Counted from the first letter of the stretch, positions 9,638 through 18,983 are shown. The stretch is 64,000 nt of DNA from a bacterium (GCA_035419245.1 DAOLSP010000018.1:130-64129); one strand, 5' to 3'. Notes: generated from the sequence alone by a model not told the origin. Numbers and translations: made by a program.

Positions 9638-9723
9638 ATCATGAGTTTTAGTTTTAATGTCTAATTCATGCTGGAAATGATCCGGCGTAATCACTCTTTC
9701 AATCTTAGCGGAGGAAAGCCAAG

Positions 9724-9897
9724 ATGAAAACCAATGCAAATCAGTGGAAAAAGCCGGAATTGCTCGTTCTGACTCGCAGTAACCCGGAAGAGGCTGTGTT
9801 GACCGGATGTAAAAATGTGACTATTAATGGCCCTAAGTCCGGACAGAAATACTGTCAGGGGCCAGTAGCCCAGTGTACGAACGTAGCTGGCAGTTGA
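9724..9897 (+). CDS. Precursor peptide (57 aa) with PqqA-like leader and three-Cys core: MKTNANQWKKPELLVLTRSNPEEAVLTGCKNVTINGPKSGQKYCQGPVAQCTNVAGS. Not in the ORF track because it is under 60 aa.
   Basis: Strong RBS GCGGAGGAAAGCCAAGATG. It lies immediately downstream of PqqD and the rSAM gene. The leader WKKPEL resembles the PqqA WKKPAF. A second copy with the same leader sits beside the paralogous rSAM at 23063..23245. Cys at positions 29, 44 and 51. Confidence 0.75.
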   Translation: MKTNANQWKKPELLVLTRSNPEEAVLTGCKNVTINGPKSGQKYCQGPVAQCTNVAGS

Positions 9898-10125
9898 AAA
9901 CGGCTGAGAAGGATCACTCAAGCACCTGGTTACTGATAAAGTAACAGGACTTCCAAAATCCTGAGAAGATATCATGGATTATTCAGGGTTCAGGAGCATG
10001 CGGAAGCAGTGTGCACATTTGTAAAGCAACCCCCGCTTCCAATGGAGAAAATAAAAGCGACGATGTCATCGTGATCCATAAACACCCCCAGCGTAATCTG
10101 ATCGTCTGAATGGAGGACGAATTGA

Positions 10126-10662
10126 ATGCGCCTGGGCAAGATTGCAAAGGGGATGCTGCGCCGGTTGCAGGACAGGGCGATCTATCGTTCTCTTTGGCGA
10201 AAGCTTGCCCCTCAACTCACGCTCCGAGAGGCATCAGACAGAGATTTGCTCCTCGTTCATCAATGGCTTAACGGCACCAGGGATTTCGAGCTGCAGCGCT
10301 CCCCGAACTTGACCGAATGGGTGGCTCTTTATCGTGGTCACATTGTTGGCTTTGTCCAACTGATTCGTTATCCGCAGGATAATGAACTTTATCAGGGGTA
10401 TTGGCTTTTCAGCATGAATGTCAAACCGCTCCGGCGCGGAATGGGAATTGGCAGTGCATTAACACGAACCGTAATAAATCGTGCTTGCGATGAAAGTGCG
10501 CCTTTTCTGGATTTGCTGGTTTTCGAGGATAATCTGCGCGCAATCAGGCTCTACGCCAAAATGGGATTTGAGCCCTGCATAATCCCGGCGCTAGAGCCCT
10601 CACTTGAAAAGGAACGGGAAGTATATGGCCGACGCCGGCTGGTGATGCGGAAAGTATTCTGA
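10126..10662 (+). CDS. GNAT-family N-acetyltransferase.
   Basis: QGYWLFSMNVKPLRRGMGIGSALTRTVINRA...RAIRLYAKMGFEP, i.e. GNAT motifs A and B. RBS GGAGGA upstream. Confidence 0.75.
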   Translation: MRLGKIAKGMLRRLQDRAIYRSLWRKLAPQLTLREASDRDLLLVHQWLNGTRDFELQRSPNLTEWVALYRGHIVGFVQLIRYPQDNELYQGYWLFSMNVKPLRRGMGIGSALTRTVINRACDESAPFLDLLVFEDNLRAIRLYAKMGFEPCIIPALEPSLEKEREVYGRRRLVMRKVF

Positions 10663-10875
10663 TTTTCAGAACCAGACAAACCACGTTAAAATATTACTTT
10701 GGAAAGAGCATTTTTGAATTTGAAGCAGGTGGAACTGGATTTTCGTTCGGCTAAGGTGACATTTCAGGGCACATGCTCCGAGGTGCGCGAAGTGTGTTAA
10801 GCGTGATGCTGCCGCAATGATTGGGTTGTCGGCATAACAGCGGAAGAATACGCGAACGGATTATTCCAGGCTCAA

Positions 10876-11493
10876 GTGATCTGTTCCTTGACCAACAAAG
10901 AATGTAAAAGGTCGGATGAAACCTGCCGTTACCGCATCTATCGTCTCAGCAAACGCACCGATAATAGCTGTGTCTATCTTGAGGACAATCGCTGCTCCAA
11001 TTATGAAATACGGCCGCAGGTATGCCGCGATTTCCACTGCCAGACAGGTTGGAAGCTCGCTTCGGTCTTTCCCGATTCCAGCGTATTGGGAGATGGAGGC
11101 TCGACGCTCACCCTGGACCGTTTTCTCGACCAGATCACGGATGACGCAGTATTTGTGCCGCATCCGCTTATCAAGGTACATGCTGTTTTTTACCTGCGGC
11201 CCAAACAGTCTATTATTTTTGTTAAAGAGATGGTTGGCGGTTGCGGCAAATTCAACAGCAGAGATGATCTATATTCTCCGCTGCTCGATGATGACAAGTT
11301 GATGCTGTTGATCGGCCTTTTTACATACAAGGAAACTTTGGGGCAGCTTTTCACGAGATTTACAGACCAGGCGGCTGTTGCCTTGAGTCGCAGAGAGTTT
11401 CTCACACTGGTTTGGCTGCTCAATAAACATAATATCGTCATTGATTCGCGCAATTTCAGGGGCATGCTGGCCGGCATGGGCGGAATTGAGTAA
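10876..11493 (+). CDS. YkgJ/UPF0153-type cysteine-cluster (putative Fe-S or zinc) protein.
   Basis: CxxC...C pattern NKECKRSDETC ... SCVYLEDNRCSNYEIRPQVCRDFHC, typical of YkgJ-family CxxCxxCC domains. Apparent GTG start, so start uncertain. Confidence 0.5.
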   Translation: MICSLTNKECKRSDETCRYRIYRLSKRTDNSCVYLEDNRCSNYEIRPQVCRDFHCQTGWKLASVFPDSSVLGDGGSTLTLDRFLDQITDDAVFVPHPLIKVHAVFYLRPKQSIIFVKEMVGGCGKFNSRDDLYSPLLDDDKLMLLIGLFTYKETLGQLFTRFTDQAAVALSRREFLTLVWLLNKHNIVIDSRNFRGMLAGMGGIE

Positions 11494-11566
11494 CGAAGGC
11501 TGTCATATCACGTTCATCAGTGATCCTTCACGGCAAACCCTGCCCAACCCGGAATTCGCTGAACTG

Positions 11567-11992
11567 ATGGCGGCGGTTCTGGCCAAGGGCACTCTTTTCA
11601 GGTTTCAGGCCAGCGGCAGCAGTATGGCCCCCTTCATCAGAGGGGGGGATGTACTTACCTTTGCGCCAATCACCAAACCTCCTGGTCTGGGGGAAATAGC
11701 AGCTTTTCGTCAGCCTGTAACCGGGCGGCTGATGGTGCACCGGATCATCCGCCGGCGTCAAGGTCTTTTTCTTATCAAAGGTGATAACAGCTGCCATCAT
11801 GATGGTTGGGTGCCCTCAGAGAATATTCTTGGCCGCGTTAGCCGCATTGAACATCGGGAGCGAACGGTTCGGTTGGGCCTGGGCTGGGAGCGCATTCCGA
11901 TCGCAGCACTCTCACGGCTCGGCCTACTGTGGCCCCTCTCACAGGCAATGCGCCGGCTGTTGCGGCCGGTTTATAAAAGGTTTTTTGCATGA
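11567..11992 (+). CDS. Small soluble S24/S26-family serine peptidase (LexA/signal-peptidase fold). Candidate leader peptidase.
   Basis: FRFQASGSSMAPFIRGGDVLTF matches the S26/S24 nucleophile box (GxSMxP...GD). No TM segment. The ORF track starts it at a TTG at 11441, the internal Met at 11567 is more plausible, and the gene ends in ATGA overlap with the downstream rSAM gene. Confidence 0.6.
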   Translation: MAAVLAKGTLFRFQASGSSMAPFIRGGDVLTFAPITKPPGLGEIAAFRQPVTGRLMVHRIIRRRQGLFLIKGDNSCHHDGWVPSENILGRVSRIEHRERTVRLGLGWERIPIAALSRLGLLWPLSQAMRRLLRPVYKRFFA

Positions 11993-13113
11993 CCCATACG
12001 TCATCGATAGAGATTCAGGATTTCGCTCTTTGGCAAAAACTCGAGGCCAAACGCGCCCTCTTCAGCTTTGACCTGGACCTGACCGCCCGCTGCAACCTCA
12101 ACTGCCGCCACTGCTATATCAACCTGCCGGCGGGAGATGAAGCGGCCCGGGCGAAGGAACTCTCCCTGGAGGAGATCGGCCGCATCGCCGATCAGGCGAT
12201 CGAACTCGGCGCGCTTTGGTGCCTGCTCACCGGCGGCGAGCCGCTGCTGCGGCCTGATTTCCCCGACATCTACCTCATGCTCAAGCGCAAGGGGCTGCTG
12301 ATCTCGCTCTTTACCAATGCGACCCTGGTGCGGCCGGAGCACATCGCGCTGTTCACAAAGTACCCGCCACGCGATATCGAGGTGACCATCTATGGGGCCT
12401 CAGCCGCAACCTATGAGCGCGTCACCCGCCGGCCAGGCGCCTTTGCACAGTTCATCACCGGCCTCGACGCCCTTTTCGCGGCCGGCATCAGGGTGCGCCT
12501 TAAGGCGATGGCCCTGCGCTCCAATCTTGAGGATATGGAGGCGATCGCCGCCTTCGGCCGCAGCCGCACCAAGGATTACTATCGCTTCGATCCCCAGCTG
12601 CACCTGCGCTATGACCGCGATCCGGTGCGCAACGAGGAGATCAGGGCGGAGCGGCTCACCCCCGCAGATGTGACGGACATGGAGAGGGCCGACGCTGAGC
12701 GCTTCGGTTCGTTGCTGAAGGGCTGCGATGAGCTGATAAACGAAGCTTTCACCCATGCCGGCTGCGACCATCTTTTTCACTGCGGCGCCGGCAACGGCAG
12801 CTGCAGCATCGGCTATGACGGAACCTTCCGCCTCTGCCAGTCGCTCTGGGCGCCGGGCACCACGGCCAACTTGCGCGAGGTGCCGCTGCGTCAGGCCTGG
12901 GAGGAACTGGTGCCGCGCGTGCGCGACCTGCGTTCCCGGGATCCGCAGTTCCTGCAAAGCTGCCGTGCATGTGCGATCGTGAATCTCTGTCTGTGGTGCC
13001 CGGCCCACGCCCATCTCGAGACCGGGCGGATGGACGGAGAAACCCCCTTCTTTTGCGCCGTCGCTCATGCCAGAGCGCAAGCGCTACAAAGCGCAATATT
13101 TGACGAAAAGTGA
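11989..13113 (+). CDS. Radical SAM / SPASM-domain enzyme (copy 3, paralog of 8098..9453 and 23288..24496).
   Basis: LTARCNLNCRHCYINLP (CxxxCxxC), GGEPLL, SPASM Cys cluster FHCGAGNGSCSIGYDGTFRLC...CRACAIVNLCLWCPAHAH...FFCAVAHARA. Colinear similarity to the other two rSAMs (FDLDLTARCN vs LDLELTERCN, ERLTPAD vs FRLTPEE). Confidence 0.9.
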   Translation: MTHTSSIEIQDFALWQKLEAKRALFSFDLDLTARCNLNCRHCYINLPAGDEAARAKELSLEEIGRIADQAIELGALWCLLTGGEPLLRPDFPDIYLMLKRKGLLISLFTNATLVRPEHIALFTKYPPRDIEVTIYGASAATYERVTRRPGAFAQFITGLDALFAAGIRVRLKAMALRSNLEDMEAIAAFGRSRTKDYYRFDPQLHLRYDRDPVRNEEIRAERLTPADVTDMERADAERFGSLLKGCDELINEAFTHAGCDHLFHCGAGNGSCSIGYDGTFRLCQSLWAPGTTANLREVPLRQAWEELVPRVRDLRSRDPQFLQSCRACAIVNLCLWCPAHAHLETGRMDGETPFFCAVAHARAQALQSAIFDEK

Positions 13114-13291
13114 ATTATTTACTTGCTTTTCGCTGGTTTTTTTTCTAATTTCAGTTAATAGGGGAAGTGTGGGGAAGTACCTCTTTACGGTTATGCTGCT
13201 GTTGTACCGCATCCTTTGCCCGCCATCCTGACCGTCCAACCCCCCTTTTAACGCCGCACTGCATCGTGTCCGCAACCTTGTCAGGACCTTC

Positions 13292-14545
13292 ATGACGATC
13301 CGACGCATCCTTGGCTTGTTCTTTGTCATCATGGCCGGAGCCGCACCGGCGCAGAGCGGCGAGTTCGGTGATCTCTATGCCCGCCTCGCGCGTCACGGTT
13401 TCGAGAATCTGCGCATCGCCGCCACGGCCGACAGCGGTCTGGCCATCGCCTTTGAGAACCGTGTTTACCGCCACGATCTCAAGGCCGTCGGCGAGATGCT
13501 AAAGCTGGCCGGCCAGGCCGATTCAACCTGGCAGCGCCTGTACATCATCCCCTGCAGCCGCGGCGTCGCACGCGGTCAGATTATGGTGCTGCGCGCCGCC
13601 TACCGCGCCTTCATGGACGGCTCGATGGATGCCCCGGCTTTCAGCCGGACGCTGGTCATCGGCGAAGCGACGCAACAGCCGGAAGCGGCGGTGCAGGCCT
13701 GGCAGAACCGCTCCTTTTTCAAGCTGGATCTCAATGTGACCTTCGGCCACCAGATCCAGCTTGGGCAGTATGACGACCGCGTCAAGCTCTACGGCCAGGT
13801 CCAGCCCGGACTGCGCAGCCAGCTATGGCACGGCACCCTGGTCCAGGCGGAGGCCTTTATCCCGGTCTTTGACGAGATCGGCGTCTATGATACCGGCGCC
13901 CGGCTCGGCCGGCTCAGCGTCAGTCAGCTCTTACGCCTGCCGCGCGACAGTTATCTGGCCCTTCAGGGCGGGATCTTTATGCCGGAGCGCTGGGGCTTCT
14001 CGGGTGAGACCGCAAAATTCTGGCTGGGCCGCAGGGTCCTGACCGGCATCAAATTGGACTATACCGGCTTTTTCTACCATAGCGAGGGCACGTGGTATTA
14101 CTCGAACATGGACAGCCTGACCTATAAAGTCTATGCGCAGTATTTTCTCCCCAGCCTGGATATGATGGTGGGGATCGATTACAGCAAATATCTGATCGGC
14201 GACAAGGGACCCTGCTTCACCCTGCGCCGGACGTTCTCTGAAACCGATATCGAACTGTATTATGCAGTCACCAATCTCGACCGCTTCGGCGGCGTGCGCT
14301 TCCGTTTTCCCCTGCCGACGCAGCAGCGGATGCGTCCCGCCCGGGTGCGCCTGACCTGGCCCAGCCAGTACGGCATGAGCTACCAGGCCACCAGCGAAGC
14401 GACGCGCTACGAGGGGGTGCTGCAAACCGGGCTCAGCGTGGATCCGGGTTTTGCTATCAGCGAGTTCGTCAAACCGCTCACTCCGGCGCATGTCCTGGCC
14501 AATATCAAGGGGTGGCGCGAGGGGGATGACACGGCCAATGAATGA
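13292..14545 (+). CDS. Secreted protein with signal peptide. Putative outer-membrane/exopolysaccharide-associated protein of unknown function.
   Basis: Signal peptide MTIRRILGLFFVIMAGAAPAQS. Aromatic/Gly-rich, 417 aa. No catalytic motifs recognised. Confidence 0.4.
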   Translation: MTIRRILGLFFVIMAGAAPAQSGEFGDLYARLARHGFENLRIAATADSGLAIAFENRVYRHDLKAVGEMLKLAGQADSTWQRLYIIPCSRGVARGQIMVLRAAYRAFMDGSMDAPAFSRTLVIGEATQQPEAAVQAWQNRSFFKLDLNVTFGHQIQLGQYDDRVKLYGQVQPGLRSQLWHGTLVQAEAFIPVFDEIGVYDTGARLGRLSVSQLLRLPRDSYLALQGGIFMPERWGFSGETAKFWLGRRVLTGIKLDYTGFFYHSEGTWYYSNMDSLTYKVYAQYFLPSLDMMVGIDYSKYLIGDKGPCFTLRRTFSETDIELYYAVTNLDRFGGVRFRFPLPTQQRMRPARVRLTWPSQYGMSYQATSEATRYEGVLQTGLSVDPGFAISEFVKPLTPAHVLANIKGWREGDDTANE

Positions 14546-14579
14546 TACCGATATCAACCTAACAGGGAGGAAACAAACC

Positions 14580-16211
14580 ATGAAACAATGGCCAAAAATC
14601 GGGTGGGTACTGGCACTGTTGCTCATGGTGCTGGCCATCGGCTGCGAACAGGTCTCCGATCCCGGAACCGTCGCACAATTCCAGACGGCGAGCAACGCGA
14701 CTTTGTTCAGCACGGCGACCGGCGTGAGCAAGACGACCTTTTATTCCTATGAAAACGTCCTGCTCACTTTCGAGGATCTCTATCCCAATGAACAGACCGA
14801 CGTGCAGATCATTCGCAAAAGCGACGGCCATATGATCAAGCGTATGCTGGTCATAACCGACGGCACCGGCGCCATCCGCGATCTGCCGATCTGGTTTTTC
14901 AACAACTACCGCAAACCGGGCGAACTCGGCGGCGAACATAACTTTTTCGTTCACCTCGAGCAGCCGGGCGTGGACCGGCCCTGGAAAATCTTCACCATTC
15001 TCTTCCACAGCCAGGAAACGTTGCCCTCCGATCCGCAGTTGCGGGTGACGGATGCGGCCGGCAATTTTGCGGGCGGTGCATTATTTGTCGGCAACCCGGT
15101 CTATGTCGCCGGCAGCAAGATCGGCGTCAAAGCCACCGTACAGCTGCTGATGGTGGCCGACAAGAGCATCTATACCACGGGCGATGTGCTCACCGACCTG
15201 AGCGACAATGGCATCGAGACGACCAAGACCGAGAAGAACGGTCTGCTCGGGCCGGTCAAAATTTGCAACGCCGCGGCGGTCGGAGCGTATGATATCGTCG
15301 CCGATACTGCGCCCTTTGGCGTCTACAATGCGGGCGACGTCGTCAGCGATGCCGCTTTCCCCGGCCTCCTGGTTCAGAACCATTCGGGTGCAAGCGATAT
15401 CATCCAGGACATCGCCTGCGATGCGACCGGTTTTTACAAGAACCAGTTCGATTCGCTCGAAATCGTCTATGCCAAGGTGAACGCGCTCACCCGGCCCGGT
15501 TATGTGCCGAGCGAGTTCGTCAATCTTTTCATCACGCCGCACAAACCGGTCTGGAACAAGGGGGACGCCCTCTTCAGCATGCGCACCGTCGGCACCTTTG
15601 AGATGCCGGTGCAGTGCATCTGGAACGGATATGCCGGCTATCTGCCCCTGATCCGCATGCACGGTGGCAGCCTGGCCAGTGACGACGCCCCCATCAGAAT
15701 GTGGCCCGGCGAATATGATGTCATCCTGGACGTCGACCGCAACTATACTTATGATCCCGGCATCGATATCCTCGATGGCGGCGCGGCGCCCGGTTTCACT
15801 GTGCCTGGCAAAGTCCCGCCCGTGCGCTTCGCCGTCACCGCCGATAATGATTTCCTTGGCCGTGAGGCCGGAAATCCGAACATCTGGGGTTATTTCCGCG
15901 ACCAGATCAGCACCAAGGTCTGGGGCGTGCTGGTGGATAAAGACGGCATTCCCATCAGCTCCATTCCGGTCAACTATGCCATCACCTCCGGTCCTGGCAG
16001 CCTGAGTGCCGCCTCGGCAGTCACCGGGCTCAACGGCGGCGCCTGGGTGGTCTTTTCGGGCGGCACGTATGGCGCCGGCACAGTGGTGCAGCTCACCTGC
16101 CGGGTGAACGATGTGGATTATACCAAGAGCATCCGCATTTTCCGCAAGATTCCGTTCAGCCACAATCAGGGCGTCATCGTGCACAATCAGGGCACGGTGA
16201 GTGGCAATTAG
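14580..16211 (+). CDS. Lipoprotein of unknown function.
   Basis: Lipobox MKQWPKIGWVLALLLMVLAIGC with RBS AGGGAGGAAAC upstream. The ORF track starts at 14451, but the Met at 14580 precedes the signal peptide. Confidence 0.5.
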   Translation: MKQWPKIGWVLALLLMVLAIGCEQVSDPGTVAQFQTASNATLFSTATGVSKTTFYSYENVLLTFEDLYPNEQTDVQIIRKSDGHMIKRMLVITDGTGAIRDLPIWFFNNYRKPGELGGEHNFFVHLEQPGVDRPWKIFTILFHSQETLPSDPQLRVTDAAGNFAGGALFVGNPVYVAGSKIGVKATVQLLMVADKSIYTTGDVLTDLSDNGIETTKTEKNGLLGPVKICNAAAVGAYDIVADTAPFGVYNAGDVVSDAAFPGLLVQNHSGASDIIQDIACDATGFYKNQFDSLEIVYAKVNALTRPGYVPSEFVNLFITPHKPVWNKGDALFSMRTVGTFEMPVQCIWNGYAGYLPLIRMHGGSLASDDAPIRMWPGEYDVILDVDRNYTYDPGIDILDGGAAPGFTVPGKVPPVRFAVTADNDFLGREAGNPNIWGYFRDQISTKVWGVLVDKDGIPISSIPVNYAITSGPGSLSAASAVTGLNGGAWVVFSGGTYGAGTVVQLTCRVNDVDYTKSIRIFRKIPFSHNQGVIVHNQGTVSGN

Positions 16212-17025
16212 GCCGGTCTTTTCGCCTGCCCCCGCCGGCGACAGGGCGAGGGCAGGCGATCAAGGCTGCAGCATGGTTGGCGCCGCCCGGCGTCCGGGCG
16301 GTGGCCGATGGCGTGTGATTTTATGGGTTGGTTTCCTCCTGCTCATAGCGCCCGGACTCTGTCCGGGCGTTCTTTTTGCCCAGAATGCCTCGGTCTTTGG
16401 TTACAGCGGATTGATGCTGGTCCCGGTGGCGGATCTTGCCCCGGATGGCGAGATCACCGCAGGGATCAGCCGCATCCCGATCCTCTATGCGAACTGGTTT
16501 CCCAACCGGCGAACGGTGATGTGGGGGCGGATCGGCTTTCTGCCCTTTCTCGAGGCGGGGGGGATGTTCGTTCGGCCGGATCATTACACCTGGGGCTTTG
16601 GTGACCGTTCGGTCTATCTCAAGCTGCAGATTCTGCGCGAGCACGGGCGCTGGCCGTCGCTGACGCTGGGCGCACAGGATTTTTTTGCCCTGAAGGCCTT
16701 GCATTGGGAGACCGCGACGGCGCAGCATTTCGGCGCGCTTTATCTGGTGGCTTCCAGGCATACGACCCTGCGCGGCGTGCCGCTGCATCTCCATCTCGGC
16801 TACGGGCCGGACTGGCTGGTGGCGCGCACCAAAATGCTCACCGGGCTTTTCGGCGGGGTGACCTGGTCGCCGCAGCGGATGGTGACGCTGCTGGCCGAGT
16901 ATGATGCGAAGTCGCTCAACGCCGGCGTGCGGTTGCACCCGGCGCGGTTCCTGCAGCTGCAGTGGGCCTGGTGGCAGCTGCGGGTGGTGACGGCGACCCT
17001 GGCGCTCTCGGTTCAGCTTCAGTAA
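16201..17025 (+). CDS. Putative secreted/outer-membrane protein of unknown function (start uncertain; possible signal peptide beginning near 16273).
   Basis: Hydrophobic segment ILWVGFLLLIAPGLCPGVLFAQ followed by GYSGLMLVPVADLAPDGEIT. High coding potential in this frame. No family recognised. Confidence 0.4.
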   Translation: MAIRPVFSPAPAGDRARAGDQGCSMVGAARRPGGGRWRVILWVGFLLLIAPGLCPGVLFAQNASVFGYSGLMLVPVADLAPDGEITAGISRIPILYANWFPNRRTVMWGRIGFLPFLEAGGMFVRPDHYTWGFGDRSVYLKLQILREHGRWPSLTLGAQDFFALKALHWETATAQHFGALYLVASRHTTLRGVPLHLHLGYGPDWLVARTKMLTGLFGGVTWSPQRMVTLLAEYDAKSLNAGVRLHPARFLQLQWAWWQLRVVTATLALSVQLQ

Positions 17026-17144
17026 TCCCCCCGTACTCCTCTCCCTCCTGTTCCCGCCCGCCCCCGCTCGCGCGCACCCGGCGGAATTTTCTCCCCGTAC
17101 CGGTTGTTGCCCGATAAAAGCACATCTCTTGAAGGCCGATCCCG

Positions 17145-18983
17145 ATGACTCCACGATTGCGCTCCCTTCGCAAGCTCACGCCCCGTCAGCTGCGCGAGGA
17201 ATTACTCCCCAACATCCTGAGATCGATCCGGCTGGTCTGGCAGGCCTCGCCCTCCCTCTTTATGATCAGCACCCTGCTGCTGGTGCTACAGAGCGTACTG
17301 CCGCTGGGCATACTCTACACCAGTAAGCTGATCCTCGACGGAGTCGCCGCGGCCCTGAAACCGGGCACAGCCGCATCGACGCCGCCCTCGCTGCTTTTTC
17401 TTGCCACGCTGGTGGCGGGACTGGTCTTTCTCCAGGTGATGGCCAGCAGCTTGCACGACTGGCTGCAGCAACACCAGTCCGCCCTGGTGCAGGAGAGCAT
17501 CATGGAGCGGCTGCATGCAAAATCGGTGGAGATCGATTTCGCCTACTACGAAAATCCCGAGTTTTTCGATACCCTGCATCAGGCGCAGCATCAGGCGATC
17601 TACCGGCCGTCGCAGCTGGTTGGCCGCCTCCAGAACATCATCCAGCAGAGTCTGACCCTGGCCGGACTGGTCGGCCTGCTCTTCCTCTTTCATTGGTCGA
17701 TTCCGCTGCTGTTGCTGCTGACCCTCCTGCCCGCCCTGCTGTTCCGCCTCCATTTTGCAGATGTGCTCTTCGAGTGGCGCCGCAAGAGCAGCAATCTGGA
17801 ACGCAAAAGCTACCATTATCACTGGCTGCTCACCGACAAGACGTGGGCCAAGGAGGTGCGTGTTCTCGCGGTGGGGCGTCTGTTCCGCCGCCGTTACCGC
17901 GCCATCCAGCGGCGGCTGCGCGTTGAGCAGTTCCGTATCAACGGCCGGCAGACCCGCGGCACGCTGATCGCCCAGCTGCTGGCGACAGCCGTGGCATACG
18001 GATTTTACATTGTGCTGATCGGCCGAACCCTGGCGGGGGCCATCACCCTCGGCAGCCTGGTGATGTACTTTCAAGCCTTCCAGCAGGCTTTGAATGCCTT
18101 GCGGACGCTTTTCACCGGGATCGGGGATATTTACGAGGACACCCGGTTTGTCTCCCAGCTCTTTGCCTTTTTCGCTCTGACTCCGGGTGTGGCGCGGAGT
18201 GTGCCGGTGCGTCCGATGCCGGCGGTCATCCGGCACGGGTTGACGATCGATGGCGTCTCCTTTCGCTACCCGGCCAGCGGGCGCTGGGCGCTGCAGTCGG
18301 TCTCGTTCACGGCCGCCCCGGGCGAACGCATCGCCCTGGCCGGGGCCAACGGCTCAGGGAAGAGCACCTTGATGAAGCTCATCTGCCGGCTCTACGACCC
18401 CACCGAGGGGCGGATTCTGATCGACGGTATCGACATCCGCGAGTTCGAGCAGGTTGAGTGGTGGCGCCGCCTGGCGGTGATGTTTCAGGATTTTGAGGAA
18501 TACAACCTCAGCGCTCGTGAGAATATCTGGCTGGGGGACATCCGTTTGCCGCTACGGGACGGGCGGATCGAGACGGCAGCCGACCTCTCGGGCGCCAGCA
18601 GAGTGATCGCCGGGCTGCCGCAGGGCTATGAGACCATGTTGGGTAAATGGTTCGATGAGGGGGAGGAGCTGAGCAAGGGGGAGTGGCAGCGGATTGCGGT
18701 GGCGCGGGCCTTTCTGCGCGACGCTCCGATCATGATCTTTGACGAGCCCACCAGCGCCCTCGACGCCCGCAACGAGTACGAGATGCTCAGTGCCTGGATG
18801 GAGCGGGTGCGCGGCCGGGTGGCGATTCTGATCAGCCACCGCATCTCAACCCTGCAGAGTGCGGACCGGATCATCATGATGCACCAGGGGCGTATTGCGG
18901 AGGTCGGGAACCACGCGCAGCTCTGGTCCGCCGGCGGTCCCTATGCGGAGTTGTTCAACCAGCCGGTGCCGGGGCGGCCCTGA
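17145..18983 (+). CDS. ABC exporter, fused transmembrane and ATP-binding domains (MsbA/multidrug/lipid-exporter type).
   Basis: Six predicted TM helices, then Walker A GANGSGKSTL, signature LSKGEWQRIAVARA, Walker B IMIFDEPTSALD. Confidence 0.85.
   Translation: MTPRLRSLRKLTPRQLREELLPNILRSIRLVWQASPSLFMISTLLLVLQSVLPLGILYTSKLILDGVAAALKPGTAASTPPSLLFLATLVAGLVFLQVMASSLHDWLQQHQSALVQESIMERLHAKSVEIDFAYYENPEFFDTLHQAQHQAIYRPSQLVGRLQNIIQQSLTLAGLVGLLFLFHWSIPLLLLLTLLPALLFRLHFADVLFEWRRKSSNLERKSYHYHWLLTDKTWAKEVRVLAVGRLFRRRYRAIQRRLRVEQFRINGRQTRGTLIAQLLATAVAYGFYIVLIGRTLAGAITLGSLVMYFQAFQQALNALRTLFTGIGDIYEDTRFVSQLFAFFALTPGVARSVPVRPMPAVIRHGLTIDGVSFRYPASGRWALQSVSFTAAPGERIALAGANGSGKSTLMKLICRLYDPTEGRILIDGIDIREFEQVEWWRRLAVMFQDFEEYNLSARENIWLGDIRLPLRDGRIETAADLSGASRVIAGLPQGYETMLGKWFDEGEELSKGEWQRIAVARAFLRDAPIMIFDEPTSALDARNEYEMLSAWMERVRGRVAILISHRISTLQSADRIIMMHQGRIAEVGNHAQLWSAGGPYAELFNQPVPGRP

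Noticed and set aside
9691-9975. 94-aa minus-strand ORF overlapping precursor peptide 1.
   Set aside because: It has no RBS and no motifs. The plus-strand small ORF has a strong RBS, the right context (after PqqD) and a paralog with a conserved leader.
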